Position numbers and translations under genes: made by a program. Positions 48,221 through 58,617 of a stretch of DNA of 64,000 bases are shown here, piece after piece (the first letter of the stretch is position 1; each line of letters opens with the position of its first letter). The notes below the pieces were generated by a model. That model saw only the letters and a list, made by a program, of their open reading frames with translations. It did no database searches and was not told where the DNA came from. Origin of the DNA: Dehalococcoidia bacterium (GTDB taxonomy: Bacteria > Chloroflexota > Dehalococcoidia > Lucifugimonadales > Australimonadaceae); NCBI GenBank assembly GCA_965242755.1, contig OZ251500.1, forward strand, positions 2,933,157 through 2,997,156, given 5' to 3'.

Positions 48221-50137
48221 TCACTCGCCGACGGCGATCCGAACGACCCAGAGGTTGCCCTCTGCGGTGAATTGGCCCGTCTCCACCCGGCGGATTTCGT
48301 AGTCGGGGAGAGGGCGCTCGGCGATGCATTCCCCGCCATTCAATGCGCCGAACTCATCGAAACGAAAACTGAAATTGTCGTAGCCGCTCCGCTTCCGCTC
48401 TTCAGCGAGCGCATTGCCGTTCACGGGGAACACGCGGAGGAAAAACCTCGGCTCGAGTTCGGCGGATTCGCACGGATCCTTGCGATAGACGAGCGCGTTT
48501 CCTTCAACGTTAACCTTGAAGAACGACCACGGCAGAACGCCGATGCCCTCCACGAGATAGAGACCGGCGAACCACGCCTCGCGCGCGATTTCTACTCGAA
48601 TCCTCGGATCCAATTCCCGCAAGTCCCGCCAGTTGTAAGTCCGCCTATGCGTCGACAGAATCCATAGGCGCTTGGCTCCGCCCTCCGTCGCCCTGAGCAT
48701 ATCCTGAATGCACCCCTGATAAGAGACGTCGACGTCGCATGCGCCGTACCGCCAGTTGTCCGGCTTCCGCTCGTGATAAAACTGCGCGGCGGGGACAGCC
48801 GGAGCCTCCGCGTAGACAACGTCGCCTTCCCGCAACCGCTCGTCCAATACGTCGAATAGGGAGTTGATATCCTCGAACTCCCGATACGGCGCGTTGTCTC
48901 TGAACGTGATCACGCCCGTCGCAACGATAACGCCTATGGCGAGCGCGAACGCGGCCCAGCGCCCGTTGGGGCGAAGATGATCCATCAGCGACTGCAGATT
49001 TTGCCCGGCCGCGAGATAGACGATAGGCCCCAAGTACAGCGATTGCCGGATGAAGTCGATGGGGTAGACGCGCAAGAACGCGGCCGCCAACGCGACGCCG
49101 AGCGACATCAGCAAGAGCGTGTTGACGATAGGAAATCTCGTCTTCCTCAGCGCGGGGATCAGCGACGCGGCGAAGGCCGCGACCGCGACTCCCGCGACGA
49201 TTGCGGGCAGATGATATTGCAGGAGAATCCAAATGCGCCCGAAGGCGAATTGCGCCATGCCGATGACGTCGGAGTACGATCCCGCGTAGTGATAAGGCGC
49301 GAGATAGCCGCCTAATGCGCCTTCGCCTCCAGTCCATTGATAGCGCAGCGTCGCCACGTAGCTCAGCGCGCAACCCGCCGCGAAACAGGCGACGGGTAGC
49401 GCGAACGCCGCAAGTTCCCTTTTGACGCTCACCGGCGGCTCCGATTCGCTCGATGCGCCTCCGCCGGTTCGCAGCCGCCTCGCCTGCTCTATCGCTATCG
49501 TCCCCAGCGCCGCCGCTCCGAACAGTACGAGCCCGTATTGCGTTAAAGGAGCCGCGAACAACGCCCCGCACAGCAGCGCGTTACGCTTGACCAATCCGCG
49601 AAATCTGAAGAACGCTAAGACGCCGATGATGATCAAAACCGCGGCGAAAGCGTCCACGGAATACTCGCGGGCGTCTTGCGCGTGCGTCACCGCTTGCGGC
49701 GCGATTGCGGCGAGCAGCGCCGCGATAAACGCCGCGCGCCGGTCAACCCCCACTCGAGGCGCCAGCAAAAGCAACGCGGCGACCGTGAGCACGCTCGCCG
49801 TCGCGGGAACCAGACGAATGCTGAACGCCGAACTCTCGACCGCCTGCGCCGCCCAAAGGATCAACGGATAGAGGATCGGCGACGAGTTGAACGCGCGCGT
49901 ATTCGGGAGAACCTCCGCGAGCCCGCCCCGCGAATTCAACGCCGCGACGGCCTCGTCGTACCACACGGAGTCGCCCGCGAGATCGTAGAACCGCAGCAGC
50001 GCCGCGGCGACGATCAAGACGGCGCATGCCGCGTAGTACGCTCTGGGGTTGCGCGCCAGGCGGCTCGCCCAACCCTCGCCGACGCCGGCGCGCCGCCGCT
50101 CGGCTCGCCGCCGATTCTGCCTAGCGCTACCCCTCAT
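48221..50137 (-). CDS. GT-C fold (PMT/GT39-like) polytopic membrane glycosyltransferase with an extra C-terminal soluble domain
   Basis: LRFYDL..SVWYDEA, PILYPL, IRL, AQDAREYS; more than 10 TM segments; start uncertain. Confidence 0.75.
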   Translation of the reverse strand: MRGSARQNRRRAERRRAGVGEGWASRLARNPRAYYAACAVLIVAAALLRFYDLAGDSVWYDEAVAALNSRGGLAEVLPNTRAFNSSPILYPLILWAAQAVESSAFSIRLVPATASVLTVAALLLLAPRVGVDRRAAFIAALLAAIAPQAVTHAQDAREYSVDAFAAVLIIIGVLAFFRFRGLVKRNALLCGALFAAPLTQYGLVLFGAAALGTIAIEQARRLRTGGGASSESEPPVSVKRELAAFALPVACFAAGCALSYVATLRYQWTGGEGALGGYLAPYHYAGSYSDVIGMAQFAFGRIWILLQYHLPAIVAGVAVAAFAASLIPALRKTRFPIVNTLLLMSLGVALAAAFLRVYPIDFIRQSLYLGPIVYLAAGQNLQSLMDHLRPNGRWAAFALAIGVIVATGVITFRDNAPYREFEDINSLFDVLDERLREGDVVYAEAPAVPAAQFYHERKPDNWRYGACDVDVSYQGCIQDMLRATEGGAKRLWILSTHRRTYNWRDLRELDPRIRVEIAREAWFAGLYLVEGIGVLPWSFFKVNVEGNALVYRKDPCESAELEPRFFLRVFPVNGNALAEERKRSGYDNFSFRFDEFGALNGGECIAERPLPDYEIRRVETGQFTAEGNLWVVRIAVGE

Positions 50138-50225
50138 TTTGCGGTAGAGGGCGGCGTGGACGTGGGGTTGGCGGTCGGCGTGGGCATTGGAGGTTGGCGG
50201 CAATCATAGCATCTTGGGGCGGGCG

Positions 50226-50263
50226 CGCCGACTGGATTCCCGCCTACGCGGGCAGGGCGGTTG
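50226..50263. repeat. Dispersed REP-like family A copy
   Basis: CGCGCCGACTGGATTCCCGCCTACGCGGGCAGGGCGGT, identical to 16566-16603. Confidence 0.85.
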
Positions 50264-50359
50264 GGCGGGACGTATGACGGCATCAGCGCCGCCGGGCGGA
50301 TCCGGCTCGGCGTCATCATCGTCGGCATCCCGCGGGGGGAGGGGACGCCGCCGGGGCCG

Positions 50360-51133
50360 TCAGCCGATAACCATATCCTCCCAGCCCGGCTCTAAGTGCA
50401 CCTGCAGTTCGGATTGGAGCGCGGCGAGTTCGCGCAGGAGTTCGCCCTCCGTTCGGAGCGAGCGGTGGACGGCGATTAGCCGGGGCATCGCGAGGCCGGC
50501 CTCGCGGGCGGCGAGGATCTCTTGGCGCAGCATCGCGGGCGTTAGGTGGCGCGCTTGCTCGGCCTGGTCGCGCATGCGGTCGGGCCAACTCACGTCGACC
50601 AGCAGAACGTCGGGCGGCGTCGGATGCGCGAAGAATCCCATCAGCGCGCCGCCCGTGTCGCCGGTGAAGCCGACGCGCATCCCGTCCGCGCTCACGATGT
50701 ACCCCGTTGTCGGCACGGGATGGTCAACGCGGACGCTCGACACGTCGTAGCCCAGAACCGTTCGCGTCTCGCCTGCGGCGAACGGACGGAGCGAGAGCGG
50801 CGGGGGAGCGCCGGGCTCGCGGACGCTTGTGGCGTCGGAGTAGATGCGCCCGTCCAGCAGGTGGGCGTAGATCACGCGGAGCGCGGCAGGCTCGCCGAGC
50901 GCGAGCGCCGACGCCCCGCCGTCGCGCAGGTTGAGGCCGAGCGTCGGCAGGTCGCGGCAGTGATCGTAGTGATGGTGCGTGATCAGCGCGCCCTCCACGC
51001 GGTCTTGCTCGTCGAGGGCGAGCGCGCTCGTCAATCCGCCGGCGTCGACGGCGAGGCGTCCGTCGATGAGGAAGCAGGCGTGGCGGGCGCCGAGCGCCTC
51101 CATTTTGCGCGCGCCGAGGATGCGGACTTGCAT
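50360..51133 (-). CDS. Metallo-beta-lactamase fold hydrolase, class II cAMP phosphodiesterase-like
   Basis: CFLIDGRLAVDAG, ITHHHYDH, VDHPVPTTGY, FTGDT, HLTP, AVH. Confidence 0.8.
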   Translation of the reverse strand: MQVRILGARKMEALGARHACFLIDGRLAVDAGGLTSALALDEQDRVEGALITHHHYDHCRDLPTLGLNLRDGGASALALGEPAALRVIYAHLLDGRIYSDATSVREPGAPPPLSLRPFAAGETRTVLGYDVSSVRVDHPVPTTGYIVSADGMRVGFTGDTGGALMGFFAHPTPPDVLLVDVSWPDRMRDQAEQARHLTPAMLRQEILAAREAGLAMPRLIAVHRSLRTEGELLRELAALQSELQVHLEPGWEDMVIG

Positions 51134-51223
51134 AGGGGGACTCCGTTTGCGGCTGGGCTTCAGTCGTGTCGTAACGGAGGGATGCTAGCAGACGGCGGGG
51201 CGGAGGCTGGGGGGATCCACGGT

Positions 51224-53379
51224 TCAGCCGCGCCGACGGAAGAGGCTCAGCCCTCTGCGTAGCGCTCCCGCAAGGATGCCGGGCTTCGGGGTAGTCGAGG
51301 GCTGTTCATCAGTCTCATCGCTGATATCGCGCAGCCCTGCGAGGATTGGCGATTGCTTGCCCGACCAGTGGAGCGCCAAGTAGTGTTTGGCCCTGCTGAT
51401 CGCTATGTACAGAAGGCGCTGATTGAAAGGCGTGTTCGAGAATGTCTCGTTCACGCCCAGCACAATGACGGCGTCGTACTCCAAGCCGCGAACGTCCGCT
51501 ATTCGCGCCGCGACCGCGCCTCCGGCGTGATGGCGCTCTTGCCCAAACGGAACAACCTCGCGGACGCCGCGCTCTTGGCAGAACTTGCGGAATCTGTTCA
51601 GGGCGCGCTGGTCACGGGTCAAGATGGCGACATTGGCATTCGCTAGGCCCGGCATAGCGCGGATGCTGGACAGGTCGTTGACGACGGATTCGTGCATACC
51701 TTCGACGGTTGCGTGCCGGTGGATCTCGGGGCGATGGCCTTCTCGCTCGTAGGGGATGGGCGCAGGAACGCTCTTCTCGTATAATCGCAGCACTCTGTTG
51801 CCGTATCGGGTGATGCGCTTGTTGGAGCGATAGGACAAGCGGGCTTGCTGAACCGTTGTCTGGGCGCGCCCCAACACGCGGCCCACTTCTCCCCAACGCT
51901 GGATGCCGCGGTACGGCGCCAGACGCTGGGCGATGTCTCCCATGACCGTGAACCAGTTGTTGACGGAGGCGGCGCTGAACAGTTTGAATTCGATGGGCGA
52001 TATGTCCTGCGCCTCGTCCACGACGATATGCCGGTATTTGCGCTCGATAGTTCCGTTCAGGAGGTGGTCGAGGTAGGTAATCGCTCCCTCGTCCGAGTCG
52101 TCGAATCCATCCGCCAGCGCCCGCTGCGCCGATTCCCGCAACTCTTCGGCGTCGTCCGCCGCCAGTTTGCCCCGCGCCGTCCGGCGCAGCGCCTCGCCGC
52201 CGGACAGCAGCGCGGCGTACTCCCGGCGGGAATCTATTCTGGGCCATGCCTCGTCCACCCAATCGGCGATCTCTCGCCTGGCCTCTGCGCTGCGGCGGAG
52301 TTCCTCGAACCCGTCTTGGTCTTGCCGCCTAGCGTTTGCGCGCCTCTTGTTTCGCGCCAATTCCGCGATGCGGTCTATGAACTTGAGGCGCATTGCGTTT
52401 GGGTAGGAATCGCGAACATCGACGGAGAATGCGGCGTTGACGGCGCTGGCGATTTCGTCGCGCGTAATAACGGTTCCGTCCGCCAACCGCTTGCCCTCGC
52501 GAATCTCCAACTGCTTCTTGCAGCGGGATTCGATGCGCTTGACCGCCGCGCGAACGCGCCGTTCCAACAGGCCCGCCATATCCAGCGATCCTTTGAACGC
52601 TTCGGCGCGCTCGCTGAACCGGGTCATTTCGCCGCGCTCGAGCAGATCATCCCAAATCCTGCCCCTGCTCTTGAGCCGAAGATTCGTTGATCGGATCGAG
52701 CGCATCCATTCGCTTCGGGTGGTTTGCGTTACTCCCCGCTCGACGCCGAGCGCGGGCAAGAGGTCGGCGGCATACTCCAAGAACGACTTGGACGGGCCGA
52801 TGAAGAGCGTCGTGTCGGGAGTAGGCCGTTCCCTGGCGGACAAGTCGTTGAACGGGGAGAGCAAGTAGGCGATCCGGTGCAAGCCGATCTCGCTCTTCCC
52901 GCTGCCGGCCGCACCCTGCACAATCAGCGTGCGGTCTTGCGTGTTGGCGATGGCCTCGTACTGGTGAGGCTCGATCGTCTCTACGATGACGGACAGAGCT
53001 CCTTCGCCGCCGGATTCGCTCAGGATTTCCGCAAGCGCGTTCGAGCCTTGCGCGACAGGCGCAGAGTCTTGGCCTCGCGTATCGGCGGCGGCCTCGTACT
53101 GCGAGGCGGACGCATCCGTGGTGACGGACAACTGGTCTCCGCTGCCCGATTCGCGGACGCAAGGTCGGAGTTGAGCCGCTCCAGCGTTTCGTTGACCGCG
53201 TTGGCGGTGCGCTGATCAGCGGCCTTCGCGGGTTGCTGCGCCTTTCTGTCGCGCAACTCGCGCAGCATATAACTGACGACGGTCGCGAGTTTCAGCCGCT
53301 CTTCCGCGAACGCCGCGCCGGAATCGCCGGCGCCCTCGCCGCGCGGCTCCGATGATGCGCTGTCCTGAGTCAATCCCAT
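51224..53379 (-). pseudogene. HelD/UvrD-like SF1 helicase split in two frames (53020-53379 and 51224-53131), probable internal deletion
   Basis: Downstream frame has IVETIEPHQYEAI, VQGAAGSGKS..LHRIAYL, VVDEAQD, GDIAQ, SYRS, RGLEYDAV, LYIAISRA. Upstream frame has a HelD-like start (AFAEERLKL). Frame switch near 53140-53160. Confidence 0.7.
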
Positions 53380-53689
53380 GCCTCCGCTGCGGATGCGCTT
53401 ATTGTATCGCCCTTCCTACCCCCAGAGGCGCTCGCTGGCGATGGCGGCGCCCTCGGCTTGCGCCTCCAACTTGCGGAAGACAATGTACGATGGGCCGCTC
53501 TCGATGTAATCCGCGCTACTCTCCCGACTCCTCGAGCGCCCGCATCTAAGAATTGGGCGGCGATGAGGAAGCGCCCTTCTGTGTGTAGTTGCGCTTGATG
53601 GTCCGGCCGCTGCGGTTGTCTCGCCTGTTCGTCTCCGGATCGGCCTGTTCGCCGGGCCAATCCTGTCAACGCATTACCTAACATCTACA

Positions 53690-53758
53690 ATTCCCGCGAA
53701 AGCGGGAACCTACGGAGCCGCCCGGCGCATCTGCCCTGACCGCGAAAGCGGGAACTAC
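53690..53758. repeat. Pair of REP-like family A copies downstream of sbcD
   Basis: TTCCCGCGAAAGCGGGAACC and CCGCGAAAGCGGGAAC. Confidence 0.75.
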
Positions 53759-53778
53759 CGGGGCGCCGCAGGGGGCGG

Positions 53779-55083
53779 CTAGCCCTCGCGGGCGGCGATT
53801 TCTTCTTGGAGGAGGGTCTCGGCGCGCTGCAGGAGGGCTTGCTCGCGGGCTTCGGGAATGGCTTTCGATTGGAAGTAGCGGCGGAGGGCGTCGAGCGGCT
53901 CGATGCGCTCCGCGTCGCCGACGGGGAGGCGGGCGCGGCGCTCGCGCTCGACGCGGCGCTCGACGCCGGCGATCGTGAACGCATCCGCGAGCGCTTGCCG
54001 CACCTCGGGCTCGCGGAACAGCGGCTCTTGCTCGGACTGCATCTCGACGCGCAGGCGGACGATGGCGCCGGGCAGATCGCCGGCGCGCTTGGCGACGGCG
54101 GCGAGCGCCGCGGCGGTCGGGTCGCCGGATTGCCGGGCGTCGGCGGTTATCGTGAGCATCGGGCGGGCGGGAACGGGGACGAACTCCCAGCGGACGAGGC
54201 GCTCTCCTTGCGGACGCGACGGATCGACGTCGGCGACGACGAATCCCTTGTCCTCGCGCTCCTCGCTGAAGTCCACGCGCTCAATGCTGCCCGCGTAGAC
54301 GACGGGCGGGCGCTCGGCGAGCGTCTGATGCTTGTGGATGTTGCCGAGCGCGACGTAGTCGAATTGCGGAACGGCGACGGCGCCGAGGCTGACGACGTGG
54401 TCGTTGCCGAGCATCATTGACTGCTCGGAGGCGGCTTTCGCGCCCGCGACGTTGACGTGCGCGCAGAGGAAGGCGGGCGCCGCAGGGTCGAGTTTGGCGA
54501 CCTCCTCGCGCAGCATCTCGGTCAGGCTCGCCTCGACGTCGCGCTTGATCTCATCGAGCGTTTTGCCGCGCGTGTTCTCCCGCGCCATATATTGGCCGAT
54601 GCGGACCCAGGGGATGGCGACGACCTGCGCCTCGCCCGCTTTCGTCGGAATGCGATGCGTCGCCAACTTATCGCCGACGACGACGTTGGCGACGTTGAGC
54701 GTGGGGAAGATTTCGAGGGCGCTGGCGCGGTTGACAACGTGCGGCAGGTCGTGGTTGCCGACGGTGAGGAAGACGGGGACGCCGGCGGCGGAGAGGCGGG
54801 CGATGCGGCGGGCGAACTCGCGCTGGTGGGTTTGCGTCGGGTTGCGCGCCTTGTAGGCGTCGCCCGCGAAGAGCACGAGGTCAACCTCGCGGGTGATCGC
54901 GTAGTCCGCGGCGTAGTCCATCGCGGCGAGGAAGTCGAGCAGCCGCGTGTTCGCGCCGAGGAACTGCTTGCGGTCTTCGCCGGGCGCGAAGTAGGCGGGC
55001 AAGGCGTCGAGGTCGGCCTGCGACGCCGGGCGCCCGTAGGTTTCGACGCCGATGTGGATGTCCGCGATGTGGAGGAGGCGCAT
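53779..55083 (-). CDS. sbcD: SbcD/Mre11 family nuclease subunit
   Basis: LLHIADIHIG, LFAGDAY, VGNHD, FDYVALGNIHKHQ, VYAGSIERVDFSE..KGF. Confidence 0.92.
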   Translation of the reverse strand: MRLLHIADIHIGVETYGRPASQADLDALPAYFAPGEDRKQFLGANTRLLDFLAAMDYAADYAITREVDLVLFAGDAYKARNPTQTHQREFARRIARLSAAGVPVFLTVGNHDLPHVVNRASALEIFPTLNVANVVVGDKLATHRIPTKAGEAQVVAIPWVRIGQYMARENTRGKTLDEIKRDVEASLTEMLREEVAKLDPAAPAFLCAHVNVAGAKAASEQSMMLGNDHVVSLGAVAVPQFDYVALGNIHKHQTLAERPPVVYAGSIERVDFSEEREDKGFVVADVDPSRPQGERLVRWEFVPVPARPMLTITADARQSGDPTAAALAAVAKRAGDLPGAIVRLRVEMQSEQEPLFREPEVRQALADAFTIAGVERRVERERRARLPVGDAERIEPLDALRRYFQSKAIPEAREQALLQRAETLLQEEIAAREG

Positions 55084-55086
55084 TGG

Positions 55087-55581
55087 CTAGGACGGCTCCC
55101 ACGTGGTCGGGTTTTGGCCCGTATAGGGGTCCACGAATAAGAGGGAATCGAACCAGACAGGCCGATCCTCGTGGTCGGGGGCCACCGTGTTCCAGTCGGC
55201 CAGCGCCTCGCGGCCCGCCGCCGCGATTTCGGGATCCTCCGCTCTCGAAAACTCAGCCAGCAACTGCGCTTGGGCTTCGGGCTGCTCACGGTGGCCTGTG
55301 ACTTCCACGCACTCGTCGTTCACGTACGCTTCGGCGCGCCACAGCGATTGTGAGACGTCTATGGATTGGAAATCGAACTCGTCCATCGGCTCGTCGGTGT
55401 CGAGGTAGCGCCACCCCGTCGGGCTATCGTCGTCGCGGACGCACTCGCGGTCGTCCAGCCCGATGCCGGAGTCGTCGTCAAATTGCTCGTACAGGCGCAA
55501 GACGACTCCGTTGGACGCGGTGAACTCATACCGTTCCTCGCTCCCGCGGTCCTTCCACGTTTCCCAGTTGCCGATTCGCAT
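55087..55581 (-). CDS. Hypothetical acidic protein (164 aa), apparently co-transcribed with sbcD
   Basis: ATG 55581 after AGGGGG; 3-nt gap to sbcD; D/E/W-rich, no motif recognised. Confidence 0.6.
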   Translation of the reverse strand: MRIGNWETWKDRGSEERYEFTASNGVVLRLYEQFDDDSGIGLDDRECVRDDDSPTGWRYLDTDEPMDEFDFQSIDVSQSLWRAEAYVNDECVEVTGHREQPEAQAQLLAEFSRAEDPEIAAAGREALADWNTVAPDHEDRPVWFDSLLFVDPYTGQNPTTWEPS

Positions 55582-55633
55582 AACGGTTCCCCCTGTCGAC
55601 GCCCGCTTACGGCGGGCGCGAGACGATGGGGCA

Positions 55634-55663
55634 AGCGTAGGCGCGCGCCGGCGGTTGGCGCAA
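55634..55663 (-). promoter_or_regulatory. Junction repeat copy 1, putative promoter TTGCGC-N18-TACGCT
   Basis: Plus strand AGCGTA..GGCGGTTGGCGCAAGGGG, shared with 58733-58761 and 62993-63021. Confidence 0.5.
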
Positions 55664-55700
55664 GGGGCAAATGTCGCAATCCACGCGCTCATTGCGGAAC

Positions 55701-58607
55701 CTAACGCGGCTTTCGCGTCAGAGGCGCGGCGGCTTTCGACTTTTTGTCGCCGTGGACCGAGGGTTCGTCGCAGAGTTTCCGGCGCAGCAGGTCAAGGCTA
55801 GGCATCAACTCGGAAGGGACATCGAGCACGTCCACGAGCAGACGGCGGTCGAGTTCCTGACGGACTTCGTCTTCCGCCGCCTCGTTGAGCGGGCGCATCG
55901 GCCTCGCCTTCACGGCTTCAAAGATGGCGCTGGCTTGCGCGACTTGGTCGTCGCTGAGCGCGTCAACGTTGAGCGTGGGCATCTTTTCGGCCTGCTTGTG
56001 CGGCATTCGGCCTCGCCCGGACTGCTGCTTGGAGGAGTGCCACCAGTAGAGGAGGCATCCGAGCGTGGAGTTGGCCCAGAGGGCGTGCGCCATTTCACGG
56101 TCGGGCTGGTTGAGGATGATGTTTGGCCAAGCGGACCCCCCTAAGGTGGGACGCTCGGTGAACGCTGCAGCCAAGGCGCCAGCGCTGAAGCCGAAGTTCC
56201 TATTGTGGTGAAGCCGCGTCGCGGTTTCCCATATCTCTTGCGCTCGCTGCTCTTTCCCCGTTCGGATTCGGGCCTCCGCGTCCGGTTCGAGCAGCATCGT
56301 CCGCTCATACTGTGATTCGTGCCACCACAGCGTGGGGTAATCGGCGGATTTCGGATACGACCTGAGAATATCGAACGCGCCGCGCCCTCCGCCTTCGTTG
56401 ATGTCGCGGTCGATGAATCCTAGCCTGCCGATGTTTTCGAGGGGAGTTACGGGTAACGGATAGGCATCGGACTCGAAGCGTCCAGACAGCCAGAGGCGGC
56501 CGATGGTCAACTGGTAGGCAGTTTGGGCGAGGCCGATGTCGATGATGCCCGCGGCGGACCACTGCCCGCCTTCCGGGAGCGGGCAGTCCAAAACTTCGTC
56601 CACTTGCTCCTGCCCGACGAATATGACGGAGCCGCCGGCGGGGCCCGCCTCCAGCGTCCGAACGCCGCCCGCCTTGATCATGCGAAGGACTTGTTCGCCG
56701 ATCTCTTCCGCTTCCATGGGGTTTTTAGGACGTCGGGTCAAGTTGACGAAGACGCCGCGCTTGTCCTGGGTTGCGCCGGCGCTCTTCTTGGCGATGATCA
56801 ACGCTTCGCCCATATTCGTTTCAGCGGAGAAGGACTTGTCAATGGCTCTTGCCGCGGCGATGGAGACGACGATGACGTCGCGGTAGTTGTCGTAGAAGAG
56901 ATTGCGGACTTTTCGCCAACTGTAGCCTTGCAGGACGGCGAGGGGCAGCACCACCGCGACGGTTCCCGAATCGGCGACCATTTTGTCTGCGAGCGCGATA
57001 AATTGGGATGCGATTCCGGCGTTGCCGTCGGCGCAAGTGCCGCGCCCCAGCGACTTGGCGCGTTTTCCCATGATGTCTTGCCCTTCTTCGTCCGTGCCTA
57101 AGCCTGCGAAGGCGGGGTTGGGAACCTCGCTGCGTTCTCCCGCGTGATTGGTCGGGCGGGTGAACGGGGGATTCATAATGACGAGGTCGAACTCGCCCGG
57201 ATGGACATCCAGGAGTTGCGTGACCTCTTTGGCCCCCTTGCCGGTCGCCCGCATGGGCGCGCCGGTACGGAACAAAGGCTGAATTTGCGCGTCTTCAGAG
57301 AGGAGGTCAAGCGACCCAAGCGCGTAGTGGCCTCCCGTCTGCCTGGCGTAAGGGAGCGTGTAGAGCCTCGTGTTGGCGAATTGCTCGGTGGGATAGGCGG
57401 ACGCGAGCATTGAGGCGGCGAGGTGAACGGACATTGGCATGATGTCCGCGCCGACGATGCCTTGCTCCATTGCGTGGCGGTGGAATTCCTCCGCGTTTCC
57501 CCCCTGCTTCTCGTGGAGCATAGCGAGACGGCGGTAGCCGGCGGAGAGGAGCGTGCCGGTGCCGCAGGAGAAGTCCGCGATTTTGAATTGGCTGTAGTCC
57601 GCCTCGCGGTCGGGGAGGGCGAGCGTTGCGAGGAGGGCGGCGGCGGACGGCGTGGTGTAGTAGGTGGCGAGGTACTTCCGGTCGGCGATGAGGCGCTGAA
57701 AGACGACGCCGGAGAGGTCGTGGGAGCGGGTTACGCCCTCGCTTATCAGTTCCGCGGCGGTGGCGGAGAGCAACCCGAACACGTCGGACGCCAGTCCCTC
57801 GGGCATCTGCTGCATAATCTGGTGGGCGATGTCGAAGATGGGGTAGTAGTTGACGCTGAGGATCTTGCGCCACTCGTTGAGCACCGCCATTTTCGAGAAG
57901 CGCTCGCTGTTGGGGTTTCTCAAGGCGTCAAGGGTCTGGATACCGTGGGAGCCTGCGAGGTTGGCGTGAAAGACGAGCGCGTTGGTGACGATGGCCATCG
58001 CCATGCGCCGCGTTTGCGGTCCGTCTTGCTGGTGGACGCGCTCGGCGATCCACGGGCCGACGTCGGGGCGGAGCCGTATGGTTTCGCTCAGGCGCTCGGA
58101 GGCGGCGGTTACGCCTTGCTGGAGGCGGTTGGCGGCGTTTTCGATGGCGCGCAAGGGAATGCTCGCCTGGTAGGCGAGGCGCGCGAGGTCGGTCGCCCCG
58201 CCGACGAGCCATCCGGCGTCGGGGAAGCGGTCGTACTGCTCGCCGGACGCGCCGGAGAGGAGGGCGTATTCGAGGGCGGCGTCGGTTCGGCGGAGGGCGC
58301 TGCGGAGGGCTTCGCCTTCGAGTTCGCGGAAGCGGGCGGGGACGCGGACTGCGATGGCGGCGTTGACGATGGCGCCGTCGGTGAGCGCGACGCCGAGTCT
58401 GGCGCGGGCGTCGGCCTCGACCGTCGCGGCGGGGGCGACCTCCGTTTCGATGACGACGGGCGCGGATCCGTGGGCGACGGCGAGGATGTCGGGTCGGCGG
58501 GGCCCTTGGGTGCGGCCGAGTTGCTCGCCGCTGACGCGCCAGTTGGCGCGGAGGGCGTCGAGCGTCTCCGCGAGGGCGATGTTGATTTCAGGTTCGCTGG
58601 TGGCCAT
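55701..58607 (-). CDS. Type IIG-like restriction-modification protein, paralog 1 (PD-(D/E)xK-like N-terminus, amino-methyltransferase, putative TRD)
   Basis: RPDIL..PVVIETE; YYT..; motif I DFSCGTGTLL; GADIM; motif IV DLVIMNPPF; VVLP; 968 aa. Confidence 0.85.
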   Translation of the reverse strand: MATSEPEINIALAETLDALRANWRVSGEQLGRTQGPRRPDILAVAHGSAPVVIETEVAPAATVEADARARLGVALTDGAIVNAAIAVRVPARFRELEGEALRSALRRTDAALEYALLSGASGEQYDRFPDAGWLVGGATDLARLAYQASIPLRAIENAANRLQQGVTAASERLSETIRLRPDVGPWIAERVHQQDGPQTRRMAMAIVTNALVFHANLAGSHGIQTLDALRNPNSERFSKMAVLNEWRKILSVNYYPIFDIAHQIMQQMPEGLASDVFGLLSATAAELISEGVTRSHDLSGVVFQRLIADRKYLATYYTTPSAAALLATLALPDREADYSQFKIADFSCGTGTLLSAGYRRLAMLHEKQGGNAEEFHRHAMEQGIVGADIMPMSVHLAASMLASAYPTEQFANTRLYTLPYARQTGGHYALGSLDLLSEDAQIQPLFRTGAPMRATGKGAKEVTQLLDVHPGEFDLVIMNPPFTRPTNHAGERSEVPNPAFAGLGTDEEGQDIMGKRAKSLGRGTCADGNAGIASQFIALADKMVADSGTVAVVLPLAVLQGYSWRKVRNLFYDNYRDVIVVSIAAARAIDKSFSAETNMGEALIIAKKSAGATQDKRGVFVNLTRRPKNPMEAEEIGEQVLRMIKAGGVRTLEAGPAGGSVIFVGQEQVDEVLDCPLPEGGQWSAAGIIDIGLAQTAYQLTIGRLWLSGRFESDAYPLPVTPLENIGRLGFIDRDINEGGGRGAFDILRSYPKSADYPTLWWHESQYERTMLLEPDAEARIRTGKEQRAQEIWETATRLHHNRNFGFSAGALAAAFTERPTLGGSAWPNIILNQPDREMAHALWANSTLGCLLYWWHSSKQQSGRGRMPHKQAEKMPTLNVDALSDDQVAQASAIFEAVKARPMRPLNEAAEDEVRQELDRRLLVDVLDVPSELMPSLDLLRRKLCDEPSVHGDKKSKAAAPLTRKPR

Positions 58608-58617
58608 ATTTGGGGGG

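Noticed and set aside
53380..53689. ORF 53370-53684 or an ncRNA between the helicase and sbcD
   Set aside because: No RBS, motif or convincing structure; it may be a decayed gene remnant but I cannot support a call.
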